From positions 62,001 to 126,000 of IMG/VR virus record IMGVR_UViG_3300042907_001080: a DNA stretch of 64,000 bases, one strand, 5' to 3'. Positions 26,193 to 35,632 of the stretch are shown piece by piece (position 1 is the stretch's first letter; each line of letters starts with the position of its first letter). The notes beneath the pieces are model-generated. The model saw only the letters and a list, made by a program, of their open reading frames with translations. It made no database searches and was not told the DNA's origin. Both the position numbers and the translations under genes were made by a program.

Positions 26193-27359
26193 TTAAGCAA
26201 AACGTAGGTTAGCGGATGTTACAGCAACAGTCGCCAAGTAATCAGCTGCGTTACCTAGAGAAGAAGCTGTGTTTGTCAACTCAACATAACCATAACGTGT
26301 CATGAAGGACACGACTGGTTCAAAAGTTGCTGGGTCAAGAACAACACCACTGCTCATCAATGGAATGTATGGGCAATAGAATGCTGCTGCGTCAGATTCG
26401 CTAGAACCTTTGTAACCAACTAGAACGTTGTCGTTCTCTGCATATGTGTTAACATACACTTTCATTGCACTGTTCAATGTACCAACGAACTTGGTGTTTG
26501 TTGGAGCTTCAAATGTGCCTTCTGTTGTGCGAGCAAAAGCAGAAGTAGTAGCACTTTGCAACAATGTTAATGTTGTTGGTGATACAACTGCCCAGTTACC
26601 AGCACCACGACGTGTACGCTGAGCGATCAAGTTAGCAGCACGGTTGATCTGAACTGCCAATGCGGCATGCTCGTCACCAACGAATGTTGCTGTTCCAGAT
26701 ACAGCAGCTTGGTCATATGTTAATACTGTTGAAGACAATGTAGCTAGGCTACGTAGAACTTCTTGATCGATCTCAGCTGTGATCTCTTGTGCAAGAGCAG
26801 CCATGATCTCAGCTTCGATGTCAATGCCTTGTTGGGCTTGTGCATCTTGAGCTGCTTCGAATGTCCAGCGAGCTGACAACTTACGTGTCTTAGCTTCAAC
26901 TGTTTGCTTCAAGATTTGAATGCTTAGTTTGTTACCTGCTACGCCTTCTAGTGCAGCTGTTGAAGCAGCCTTACCAGTAGTAGCACCAGCATAACCTTCA
27001 GCAATCTTGAATGGGCTTAGAGCCTCTTCACCAGCTGTAACGTTTCCACCAGTGCCGCTAAATGTATCGCTGTAGCGAACACGTAGAGTATGGATCTGAC
27101 CAACTGGACCTGTCATTGGCTGTACGCCAACTAATTCATTAGCAATGACCGTAGGCATTACACGTCTGATCACAGGAAGGATCACACGATTTAGTGTTGC
27201 AACGTTACCGGCGGATGTTGCTCCAGCGGTGGCACTCTCTGCCAAATACTTGCGGGTATTTTCTAGAGTTGTTGCCATTACTGAACGCTTGTTACCTTGA
27301 AGACCTTCTAAAAGGGCGTCTTTGGTTTCCGACCAGCGTGACTCGAGTAATTGTGACAT
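26193..27359 (-). CDS. gp23: major capsid protein (T4 gp23-like)
   Basis: RRVMP..IA..LVGVQPMTGP.G.I, VEAKTRKL.A.WT.E.AQD, LA.EI..EID.E, RRGAGN, FYCPYIPL, F.P.....TRYG. Confidence 0.97.
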   Translation of the reverse strand: MSQLLESRWSETKDALLEGLQGNKRSVMATTLENTRKYLAESATAGATSAGNVATLNRVILPVIRRVMPTVIANELVGVQPMTGPVGQIHTLRVRYSDTFSGTGGNVTAGEEALSPFKIAEGYAGATTGKAASTAALEGVAGNKLSIQILKQTVEAKTRKLSARWTFEAAQDAQAQQGIDIEAEIMAALAQEITAEIDQEVLRSLATLSSTVLTYDQAAVSGTATFVGDEHAALAVQINRAANLIAQRTRRGAGNWAVVSPTTLTLLQSATTSAFARTTEGTFEAPTNTKFVGTLNSAMKVYVNTYAENDNVLVGYKGSSESDAAAFYCPYIPLMSSGVVLDPATFEPVVSFMTRYGYVELTNTASSLGNAADYLATVAVTSANLRFA

Positions 27360-27370
27360 TATAGTTCTCC

Positions 27371-28465
27371 TTAAACTTTTAGTCCCGCAAGCCTGCGGAT
27401 GTCAAATATCTCAGCGGTTTTTTCTTCTTTACCGCTGGATTGAGGTGCCTGTTTATCGCCTGTAATTTCTTTGCCTTCTGATAGTACTTTCTTCGCCGGT
27501 GCTCCACCATTCATTACTGCTGGTAGGTATTTGTCGAAAGCTGTACGTAGCTTTTCTGTTTGTGTTGATTCAAGCAGACTTTTCATGACTTCACGTTTGT
27601 CACCAGCCAAAGGATTCAGCAATTCGCTCATAACTTCCTTGCGTTGATTACTTTCTTTGATGACATGTAGTTCACGTTCTTTCTGTGCTACTTGTTGCTG
27701 TGCTTCTGCAACCATTTTTGCTGCTTGTTCCAATTCAGATTCTCTTGTCATCATAACTTTGAGAAGTTTTGCTGTTTCAGATTTCTCATTTAGATGACTT
27801 GCAGCATATTCGCTGGCAAATGATTCAAAAATTCTGCGACCAAAGTCATTTCTTCTAGCTGATTCAATGTCTTCCTTGAGCTGAGTCATTTCAGAACGTA
27901 GACCGTTCTGCACTGTTTCTGCTACTTTTACGGAAGCTGCTGTGATAAATTCTTTCTTGAGATTGTCAAACTTGGCTCTGCTTTCGCGTACTAATTTTAC
28001 TTTAGTTTCGGCCAAATCTTTCTTATCTGTGTGGAATTCTGCGATTTCTTTCGCCAGGGCATCCACGATAAAAGATTCTAATTTTGCAACATTGTTTGCA
28101 ACTGTCTTGCGATCTTCGTGTAGTTCTGCCAATTCTTTGTTAAGATTATTAAAGATAAATGATTCCATTGCTTTGGAATCGTCTTTCATTTTCTTAGTAT
28201 ACTTGGCGCGGGCTTCGATAAGTCCTTGGCGATCTTCTGCCAATTCACCTAACTCTGCCTGCAAGCGATCTGTTAGCATAGCTTCTACAGCTTCTACCAT
28301 TGCGCCTTTGTCATGCTCATACTTCTGAGCAAATTCTTCACGTAGTTCAGCGGTTACTTGATCACGGCTTTCTTGAATTCTGCTTTCCCAAGCTGATTCA
28401 ATTTCCGATTTGATTTCTTCGGAAATCACATTGTTTTCAAACAATTGTTTTACGATGTCTAGCAT
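27371..28465 (-). CDS. gp22: prohead core/scaffolding protein (gp22-like)
   Basis: Coiled-coil, E/K-rich, GRRIFESFASEY; lies between the protease and MCP genes. Confidence 0.85.
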   Translation of the reverse strand: MLDIVKQLFENNVISEEIKSEIESAWESRIQESRDQVTAELREEFAQKYEHDKGAMVEAVEAMLTDRLQAELGELAEDRQGLIEARAKYTKKMKDDSKAMESFIFNNLNKELAELHEDRKTVANNVAKLESFIVDALAKEIAEFHTDKKDLAETKVKLVRESRAKFDNLKKEFITAASVKVAETVQNGLRSEMTQLKEDIESARRNDFGRRIFESFASEYAASHLNEKSETAKLLKVMMTRESELEQAAKMVAEAQQQVAQKERELHVIKESNQRKEVMSELLNPLAGDKREVMKSLLESTQTEKLRTAFDKYLPAVMNGGAPAKKVLSEGKEITGDKQAPQSSGKEEKTAEIFDIRRLAGLKV

Positions 28466-28480
28466 GTGATTCTCCTACTG

Positions 28481-29113
28481 TTATTTGAGTCCAGAGATTA
28501 TTCTCTTGAGACTTTCTGCTAAGTATTTTTGAGCCTTGGGGTCGCCTTGAACTTCTTGTGCTATTTGATATGCCTTGTAACCGCCTGTGTTATTGATTAA
28601 ATGTTCGTATACTGGTGTGGGATAAGCTCCCGGGGCGCTAGGCTGTGCTACCACATCTACTGTGATTATTTCAAAACCCTGCACTTTGCCACTACTGTCT
28701 ACTTCGCCGGATCCTCTGGAACTAACACCCAGTTTGACTCCCGCCTCTAGCATGGACTGAATTAACTGTCCCATAGGAGTTGGAAGTATTTTTAGTTTTC
28801 CGTAGCCGTTAGGACCATCCATCCACATCTTGGTAATCATATGACTAACACGATCTAGATTAATTTTTAAATCCTGAGGATGATCAACTTCTCCAAGAAC
28901 GGAGTAGCCACCAGCGATCTGTTCATTGAGCGTTTTGACAGCCCTGCCAATTTCTTCAGAAGAGTAAACACGCTGATTTGCATTACGGATGTCTCCTTGA
29001 ATGCAAATGCCGTTTAGATGCAGCGACTTTTTACCGTCGCTGCCTTCGTCGCGCTCCAAGACAATCTTAGCCTGGTCAAAACTCAAATGTTCTGATAGAG
29101 TAGTTTTCACCAT
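28481..29113 (-). CDS. gp21: prohead protease (gp21-like)
   Basis: GI.IQGD.RN.N.RVY, LGE.DHP, INLDRVSH.I, PTPMG, GVSSRGSG, D.VA.PSAP.AY. Confidence 0.95.
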   Translation of the reverse strand: MVKTTLSEHLSFDQAKIVLERDEGSDGKKSLHLNGICIQGDIRNANQRVYSSEEIGRAVKTLNEQIAGGYSVLGEVDHPQDLKINLDRVSHMITKMWMDGPNGYGKLKILPTPMGQLIQSMLEAGVKLGVSSRGSGEVDSSGKVQGFEIITVDVVAQPSAPGAYPTPVYEHLINNTGGYKAYQIAQEVQGDPKAQKYLAESLKRIISGLK

Positions 29114-29122
29114 TAAGTCCTA

Positions 29123-29956
29123 TTATCTACGACCACGGAAAAGGCTTTGCTTGTTGTCTGGTGATTCTTTTGCACCAGCTTTTTCAGCACCATGTCCAGG
29201 TTCTTTCTTAGAGAACGCATTACCTGCTTTGCCGCCTGGGACATTGATGTTGCCAGCATTATCTTCGGTTGGCTTGCCTTTTAGCAATCCTGAACCTTTT
29301 AATTCACCTGTTTCTGAACCAGGAGCACCATTCTTGCCGCTTAGAATGTTGGCAGTTGTACCGCCCATGTCATTCTTGCCAGCTACAATAGACTTGTTGT
29401 TTACGCCGTCGTCACCCATTTTAGCTGGTGCAACTTTCTCGACGTATTCACGAACAGTTGCTAGGTCCATGCTGTCTTTCATTTTTTCGTCGCCCATGTC
29501 GCCCATGTCATCATCGCCCATGTCGCCCATGTCATCTCCGCCTTTGAGTTCATCAAATTTGGCTTGTAGTTCGTCTACAATGCTATCTAGGTCTTGGAAT
29601 AGTTCTTCTTCAGACTTTTCACCTTCTTCGTCATCCATTTCTGCATCGATGTCGCCTTCTAGCTCGTCAGTTGGATCACCGCCCATTGCGGGCATTTCGT
29701 CATCGCCTTCAATAGCAATGTCTTCAAATTCTTCGTCGACTTTGTCTTCTTCTGCATCGTCGTCTTTTGCAGCTTCGTCTACTTCTTCATCTTCTTCGTC
29801 TTTTTCTTCTTCTTCAGCAATTTCGCTGTCAATTAAAGATTCATAGATTTCACGAGATTTTGTTACCACATATTCGTGGAACAGTTCTTCTGCTTTAACT
29901 TGATCATCATTGACCAAATGCTCAAGCATCTGTTGTAGTAATTTATTGTCGGCCAT
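29123..29956 (-). CDS. acidic prohead core/internal protein (gp67/68 position)
   Basis: Very D/E-rich. Start at ATG 29956 after GAGGAG; TAAATA at 29989-29994; sits between portal and protease. Confidence 0.7.
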   Translation of the reverse strand: MADNKLLQQMLEHLVNDDQVKAEELFHEYVVTKSREIYESLIDSEIAEEEEKDEEDEEVDEAAKDDDAEEDKVDEEFEDIAIEGDDEMPAMGGDPTDELEGDIDAEMDDEEGEKSEEELFQDLDSIVDELQAKFDELKGGDDMGDMGDDDMGDMGDEKMKDSMDLATVREYVEKVAPAKMGDDGVNNKSIVAGKNDMGGTTANILSGKNGAPGSETGELKGSGLLKGKPTEDNAGNINVPGGKAGNAFSKKEPGHGAEKAGAKESPDNKQSLFRGRR

Positions 29957-30016
29957 GGTATTCTCCTCAAATGGTATGGGCTGTTGTTTATTTAACACGA
30001 AGATTACAAACCGGTG

Positions 30017-30673
30017 TTAAATGGTAGTTTTTTGATTGATTTGATCTGAATATATAGTATCAGGAAAACTTCTACTAAATTCATCGTAGGTGATATGACT
30101 GAGATTGGTCAGAGCAGGTCCTAGTCTGTCCGGTATAAATGCTCCAGGTTCTATGACTCTAAAAAAATGTGTGTGACGGAATTCTTTGATTACTTTTTCA
30201 GTTTGACTCAGCCAATTGCCATGATAAGTTGCTGCATCTGTTGATTTTTTATAGTTGAATGTGTCTGCGTAAATGTTGTTGAATTTACCGTTCAGCCCTT
30301 GATAGTCAAATCCAAAAATGTAGATGCTTTTATGTTCTTGGGTGGCTGCAAACCATAGTGCTGTGGGTCCTGAACTCCAGCCTTTGTGCGGACTGAAAAA
30401 ATTTACACCATGTTTGGTTTGTATGCCTTTATTGGGATTAGTCCAAACTTGATGTTTTTTGTTATAGCCAGACTCGATGATTTCGTTGACCATTTTCACA
30501 TCTACAGCTATTAAATAGTGAGGTTCAAACTCACGATACTGTGCATTACAGCCGTAGGTCACACCTTTGTTTATTAGAGATCGCAGGTTCAAGCACTGTC
30601 GACTGGTGCCGTTGCCTATAACAAACGCGGGGTTATTGTGCAGATGCTGCTTCTTCGCCAACTGGAGTTCCAT
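30017..30673 (-). CDS. Rossmann-like protein of the DUF115/Maf/MptE-like (sialyltransferase-like) superfamily
   Basis: AFVIGNG.SR, YGCNA, YLIAVD, SSGPTAL..A, IYIFGFD. Confidence 0.6.
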   Translation of the reverse strand: MELQLAKKQHLHNNPAFVIGNGTSRQCLNLRSLINKGVTYGCNAQYREFEPHYLIAVDVKMVNEIIESGYNKKHQVWTNPNKGIQTKHGVNFFSPHKGWSSGPTALWFAATQEHKSIYIFGFDYQGLNGKFNNIYADTFNYKKSTDAATYHGNWLSQTEKVIKEFRHTHFFRVIEPGAFIPDRLGPALTNLSHITYDEFSRSFPDTIYSDQINQKTTI

Positions 30674-30884
30674 ACATTTGTCTTATAAAGTCCAGTTCAG
30701 ATTGTGATTCTAATTGATGTGCTTCGCTTTGAAGCCTCAGTTGATTGATTTGTCGCAGCGTAAGACGTATCTTTCTGGTGTCTTTTTTGTCAATGATGCT
30801 GCGATCTCTGCTGGATTCATATCTACGATCTTGAGCAAAGTCGTTGTTTTTTTCGTTGAAATAAAAGAATTCGTTAAGAAGCAT
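30633..30884 (-). CDS. conserved small head-module protein (83 aa)
   Basis: Start MLLNEF 4 nt after ATAAATA; DTRK.RLTL.QIN.LR...E and QMYG motifs; directly after the portal gene. Confidence 0.7.
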   Translation of the reverse strand: MLLNEFFYFNEKNNDFAQDRRYESSRDRSIIDKKDTRKIRLTLRQINQLRLQSEAHQLESQSELDFIRQMYGTPVGEEAASAQ

Positions 30885-30894
30885 AATGTATTTA

Positions 30895-32601
30895 TTACTG
30901 AACTGGTGCTTCTGGTGCTGCTTCTGCCCCGGCATCTGCGCCTGGCTCTGCGGCAGCTGCCATATCTAAAGGTGCTTCTGCTTCTTGAGTTCCAACATCT
31001 GCAGCCATGCCTCCTGGTGTTACACCTATGCCTCTCAACTGACTCTGTGCATCGGCAGGTGCTTTGATATTAGAACCGTTTTCCTCACGCCACAGTTTTT
31101 CATTTTCTTTGATCTCATCTTCAGTCATGCCTAAGAATCGTTTCATGGCAAAACGCTTGCTGAGATGCGGAATCTGTACCACCTGTGAAAATGTAGCTGC
31201 TCTAGCTGTGTCTAATTCACTTTGACGATAAGCAGCAAAATTCTGCGGCTGATTGAATTTAAGTTCAAACAGTCCACTATCAATGTTTACACCTTGATCA
31301 TTAAGCCACAGCTTGAATTCAAGATCAAATGTTTCTACTATAATACTCTGTAGACGTTTGCAGTATTCGTTAAATCTCAATTCTTGTATGTAAGCTGTGC
31401 CTACTTTGCCGTCTGATACAGTGTTGGCTTGCTCGTCGATAGCTGTGGGCAAATAGCTAGCAGGGATGCGAAGAGCCCTAAACAGTTTGTTAGTAAAATA
31501 ACGTAAATCTGTAATTTCGCCAAGATTTGTACCTCCAGGCAATGTTTCTACTTTTGATCCACGACCTTCGGCGGTCTGTGGGAAGAAGTAGTCTTCGTTT
31601 ACACTTAGTGGATTATAACTAGCGTCTATGACATTTGCTCCGCCACCCGTTGATGAAGGAATACGTCGTTGTTGAATTTCATTTTTAACACGTTCAACAA
31701 AGCTCATAGCCATGTGTGCCGGCATATTTCCAACGTCTACATAGAAAATTCGTCTTTCTGGAGCACGTTGTATACGATAGATAATAATAGCATCTTCAAG
31801 CAATTCTTTCTGCTTGTAGACTTTGAACACTGATTCTAATAGACTATTACCAAAAGGATAGTTATTATCTAGTCCTTCTGACAATGAAATATGAATAACA
31901 TGTTTGGCATCCACTGTTATTTCATTGGTCTGATTACTGAATCTTGTGCCTACTGAACGTGCTGCATCACCTGCAAAGCCGCGGGCAAAACCACCACCTG
32001 TCTGATATGAACTAGTACCACTTGGAGCTGTGTTTGTGGTATTTTGTGGTGTGGTAGCTATGAATTCTTTGAAGTTGAAGTTGATATCACGGATCACATA
32101 CTGCTCGGGAATCTTGCCTTCTGATTCGTTAACAATTATCTTAGTGACTTTAGAAGCATCCACAAACAACCATTTTTTGGTTTCTGGATCACGAATAAAA
32201 AAGCAGTCTCCGTATTTGAATGCGTTGCGTAGTATGCGGAAGATTCTGGTTTCAAAGCTGTTCTGTTTGCACCACTTCTGTAGGCTGTCTTTGAGTATCT
32301 TGACTTCAGTGGCAGTGGGCTCACCACGGAAAAATGTATGAAACGGTGTGGCGTTTTCTTTGTCTTTTTGTGTACAGAATTCTGTGAGTATGTCCAAAGC
32401 AGCATTGACTTCCGAGTCCATGTCCATGGTATCATACTGCATGTATCGTTCTACACGATTGGGACTACCTGCGTAAACATCTGGTAGATAGCTGGAATAA
32501 TTAGCACGAGCAGGACCTGGACGGCCGCGACCACTGATTGGACTCATAGAGCCGCTGGTGTTATCTATGTTAACAGGGGTAAAGTATTTTTTCCAGCTCA
32601 T
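30895..32601 (-). CDS. gp20: portal vertex protein (gp20-like)
   Basis: LEDAIIIYRI.RAPERRIFYVDVGNMP..A..F, EDYFFP...EGRG.KVETLPGG.NLGEI.D..YF..KL.RAL.IP. Confidence 0.96.
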   Translation of the reverse strand: MSWKKYFTPVNIDNTSGSMSPISGRGRPGPARANYSSYLPDVYAGSPNRVERYMQYDTMDMDSEVNAALDILTEFCTQKDKENATPFHTFFRGEPTATEVKILKDSLQKWCKQNSFETRIFRILRNAFKYGDCFFIRDPETKKWLFVDASKVTKIIVNESEGKIPEQYVIRDINFNFKEFIATTPQNTTNTAPSGTSSYQTGGGFARGFAGDAARSVGTRFSNQTNEITVDAKHVIHISLSEGLDNNYPFGNSLLESVFKVYKQKELLEDAIIIYRIQRAPERRIFYVDVGNMPAHMAMSFVERVKNEIQQRRIPSSTGGGANVIDASYNPLSVNEDYFFPQTAEGRGSKVETLPGGTNLGEITDLRYFTNKLFRALRIPASYLPTAIDEQANTVSDGKVGTAYIQELRFNEYCKRLQSIIVETFDLEFKLWLNDQGVNIDSGLFELKFNQPQNFAAYRQSELDTARAATFSQVVQIPHLSKRFAMKRFLGMTEDEIKENEKLWREENGSNIKAPADAQSQLRGIGVTPGGMAADVGTQEAEAPLDMAAAAEPGADAGAEAAPEAPVQ

Positions 32602-35564
32602 GCTTTGTATAGATTCTTGTTAAGGCCTTTTGTAGCCATTACATTTTCATAAGTGTTTGTAGTGGTCTGCGCCTGCAGTTTTATTAATTGTGCCATCTTA
32701 GTATTTAACTCCGCGAGCAGTGTAGAAGGTGATTCTTGAGATTTTTTATCTTGTTCTTGTTTTTCTTTAGCTGCCGCTTCTTCTTTAGCTTTGGCTTCTG
32801 CATCTGTTTTGGCTTTGGCATCTGCTTCTTGTTTTTTCTTTTCGGCATCTGCTTCAAGAGCTTTTTTGCCTGCGTCAGTTTGTGTGGTAGGTTGAGGTTT
32901 AGCTGATGCTGGGACCGCTGGTTTATCTGTAGGAGCTGTGGTAGGTTGAGGTTTAGCTGGTGCTGGGACTGCCGCTTTTTCCTTAGCTTCTGCATCGGCT
33001 TTTTCGTTGCCAGACTTTTCAAAATCTTTAATTATTTGTTGTTTTTCTGCTTCTTTTTGAGCCTTTTCTGCTTTAGTAAGTGCTTCTAATTTCTTTTCGG
33101 CTGCTTCAACTTTTTCAATAGCTGCTTTCTTTTCAGCTGTGGTTTTGGCTTCTGTTAGTTCTTTGTTAGCAGCATCTTTTTCTTTGCCAATTTCCTGTTT
33201 TTTAATTCCAATTTCTACAGCGCCGCCTTGCTTACCGCTGAACTGTTTCAACAGTTCTTCTGGTCCTGCACTGTAGTCTAATAATTTTTCTTGAGCCTTT
33301 ACCGCAGCTTCTTTGGCTTCTGCTTCTTTTTTTGCTCCGGTTGTGAGTCTATCATGGGTAAGTTTCTTTTCTTTAAATTGAGCTTCGTCTTTTTTCAAAC
33401 CGGTTATCTGTGCTTTAGTCAGTTCGTCATTGTTGGTTTTACGCAATGCTCTTTCTTCAGCTCGATCTTTTTTACGCTGATCGGATTGTTCTTTACGTTC
33501 GGCATATTCTTTTTCACTGATACCTGCTAGGCCTTTAGTTAATTTTCCTATAGCAAATAAAATTTGATCCATTAAATCATCAAAGAATGATCCCACATCT
33601 TGAATAATATCCATAAATTTTGCCAAGCCATTAATCACGTCCTTGACAACCGTCCACATACCACCAAGTATAGCTACCACTGCTTTGATAATTGGAGTGA
33701 ACATAAAATCGAACACTTTAATTAGCACTCCTACAGCCGTACCTAGCACTTGGAACGCTTCTCCTACAAATGCACCTACTTTAATTAATATCTCACCGAA
33801 CCCTCCTGTGCTTTCTGAAACTCCAAATATGTTGCTCATTAATTCTTTCAAAGGTTGAATGATCTGCATCACGCCATTATACAATCCGTCAAAGGCCAAT
33901 ATAGCTCCCCTAACTAAACCGCCTAGAACCGGAAACACAGCATTCATAATACCGTCAATGAATTCGACTGTACCGCCTAACCCCGAAGCACCAAATTTTT
34001 CACTGAGGTAATCTATCACAGGAGCCAACAATAGACTCATGCCTTCCCATATCTTCATGGCCACCGACACTACAAGGTTAAAAGCAGGTACCAAATATTT
34101 TTCTGCGAGATTAGCCACTGTGCCAAACGCACTGATTAGGTAGTCTAATATGCCACTGTTAGCCAACAGCATCTTGAATTTGTTACCTACTTCTGCGATT
34201 GCAGCCTGGAACTGCTGCATCTTTTGATTCATCTTGTCTGTTTCAGCAGCTGCTTTTTTCTGTTCTTCTGTGGCTTCTAGTAGAGAATCTTTGTTTAGAG
34301 ACTGAGTAGCAGCTAAAGAATTTGTCAATCCTGCTAGCTCAGAATTGGCTGCTGCTGCAGATTTGATATTTTGAAGATTTTTTCCACCTTCAGACTTCAT
34401 CATGTTGTTAAGAGCGTTGCGTTCTTCCAAGGTCACTGCCTCGCCACGCTGCATCTTTTGATTCATTCTCTGCAGCATAGCTGCGCTTTGAGGCATCATT
34501 GCCATGAGCTTTTGATTTTCTTCTGTGGTTGCTGTGCCAGTGGCCATGATGTCTTTGGCAAAATTTTTCAGTCCAGTATCTTGCAATCCATCAGTTACCG
34601 ACATGAAACTGTTTCTTACACCTTCACCTAACCCTTGCATAGATGCTTGAAACTGTGCATCTTTAGCCATCGCTTCTCTTGATTTTTCTATATCGGCTCT
34701 TGATTGTCCAGTGACTTTTGCTAATAGATCCATCTCTTTAAGATAACTTTTTGCACCTTGTGCCAATTCTGCATTGGACTTCTTACCTTGCAGACCTTGA
34801 GCCTTCATCAATGCACCGTAACTAGCTAATCCTTGATTGATATCTTGTGTGCTGAATCCCAACGCATATAATTCACTGCTGGTACTACGTAGTTGTTTTG
34901 ACACTCGAGCAAAATTACTTGCACCACCTTCTGTAGTGGTTCCAAAAGCAGTCATAGCATTACTGTTCTTCTGAATCATAGATCCAAACTCTGCCATAGA
35001 CATACCTGCTTGAGAAGCAGCTGTGGCAAAATTACTAATACTGCCTCCAAATGTAGCACCGGTCTGTGACACAGCTACAAACGATTTAGTTACGTCATCA
35101 GCTGCACCTGCTACTGCACTAAACAGCTTGCCGAATATCGGAATACTGCTGAACATTTGTGCTGCACCAGTAGCACTTCCGTCCAATCTTGACAATGATT
35201 CTACTGCTCCTGTCACAGTATCACTAAATTTTACATAGGCGCCAGCTGTCTGTATAGCAGTATCTTTAAGTTTGCCTATGCCAACCACAGCCATACCGGC
35301 CATGAATCCTACACCTTTAAAAGATTTACTGACCGCAGCAGAAGCAAGTCCTAACGCACCGCCACCTCCTGCTCCGCCGCCACCTGCTCCGCCGCCACCT
35401 GCTCTACTACCTGCTGCGCCACCACCTGCTGCGCCACCACCTGCTGCGCCACCACGGCCACCACCGCTACTCATTACAGCAAGTATGGCCTTGAGCGTGG
35501 CTTCGGAAGCTGCATTTTGAGCTTCAACTTGGCCAATTCCTGGGATGTCGATCATTACTGCCAT
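32598..35564 (-). CDS. tape-measure-like / baseplate hub protein (988 aa)
   Basis: Long Ala/Gly-rich helical protein with a hydrophobic amphipathic mid-section, a K/E/A-rich coiled coil and a PA-rich linker; divergent from the gp26-like gene. Confidence 0.65.
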   Translation of the reverse strand: MAVMIDIPGIGQVEAQNAASEATLKAILAVMSSGGGRGGAAGGGAAGGGAAGSRAGGGGAGGGGAGGGGALGLASAAVSKSFKGVGFMAGMAVVGIGKLKDTAIQTAGAYVKFSDTVTGAVESLSRLDGSATGAAQMFSSIPIFGKLFSAVAGAADDVTKSFVAVSQTGATFGGSISNFATAASQAGMSMAEFGSMIQKNSNAMTAFGTTTEGGASNFARVSKQLRSTSSELYALGFSTQDINQGLASYGALMKAQGLQGKKSNAELAQGAKSYLKEMDLLAKVTGQSRADIEKSREAMAKDAQFQASMQGLGEGVRNSFMSVTDGLQDTGLKNFAKDIMATGTATTEENQKLMAMMPQSAAMLQRMNQKMQRGEAVTLEERNALNNMMKSEGGKNLQNIKSAAAANSELAGLTNSLAATQSLNKDSLLEATEEQKKAAAETDKMNQKMQQFQAAIAEVGNKFKMLLANSGILDYLISAFGTVANLAEKYLVPAFNLVVSVAMKIWEGMSLLLAPVIDYLSEKFGASGLGGTVEFIDGIMNAVFPVLGGLVRGAILAFDGLYNGVMQIIQPLKELMSNIFGVSESTGGFGEILIKVGAFVGEAFQVLGTAVGVLIKVFDFMFTPIIKAVVAILGGMWTVVKDVINGLAKFMDIIQDVGSFFDDLMDQILFAIGKLTKGLAGISEKEYAERKEQSDQRKKDRAEERALRKTNNDELTKAQITGLKKDEAQFKEKKLTHDRLTTGAKKEAEAKEAAVKAQEKLLDYSAGPEELLKQFSGKQGGAVEIGIKKQEIGKEKDAANKELTEAKTTAEKKAAIEKVEAAEKKLEALTKAEKAQKEAEKQQIIKDFEKSGNEKADAEAKEKAAVPAPAKPQPTTAPTDKPAVPASAKPQPTTQTDAGKKALEADAEKKKQEADAKAKTDAEAKAKEEAAAKEKQEQDKKSQESPSTLLAELNTKMAQLIKLQAQTTTNTYENVMATKGLNKNLYKA
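32883..32969. repeat. 33-bp direct repeat, 54-bp period (PA(P/S)AKPQPTT x2)
   Basis: TGTGGTAGGTTGAGGTTTAGCTG(A/G)TGCTGGGAC at 32883 and 32937. Confidence 0.85.
35368..35455. repeat. 15-bp in-frame tandem repeats encoding a Gly/Ala linker
   Basis: CCTGCTCCGCCGCCA x2 and CCTGCTGCGCCACCA x3. Confidence 0.8.
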
Positions 35565-35592
35565 GGCTTATTTTTTCCTGGATAAATGCGCA

Positions 35593-35621
35593 TATAAATA
35601 CACTTGCGTATTATATATTTA
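35593..35621. promoter_or_regulatory. crossed divergent late promoters
   Basis: TATAAATA on plus (35593-35600) and TAAATA on minus (35616-35621) between the TMP-like and gp26-like genes. Confidence 0.6.
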
Positions 35622-35632
35622 CCGGAGATAAA

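Noticed and set aside
29001-29846. 281-aa Ser-rich antisense ORF
   Set aside because: Mirror of the GAA/GAT-rich acidic gene on the other strand.
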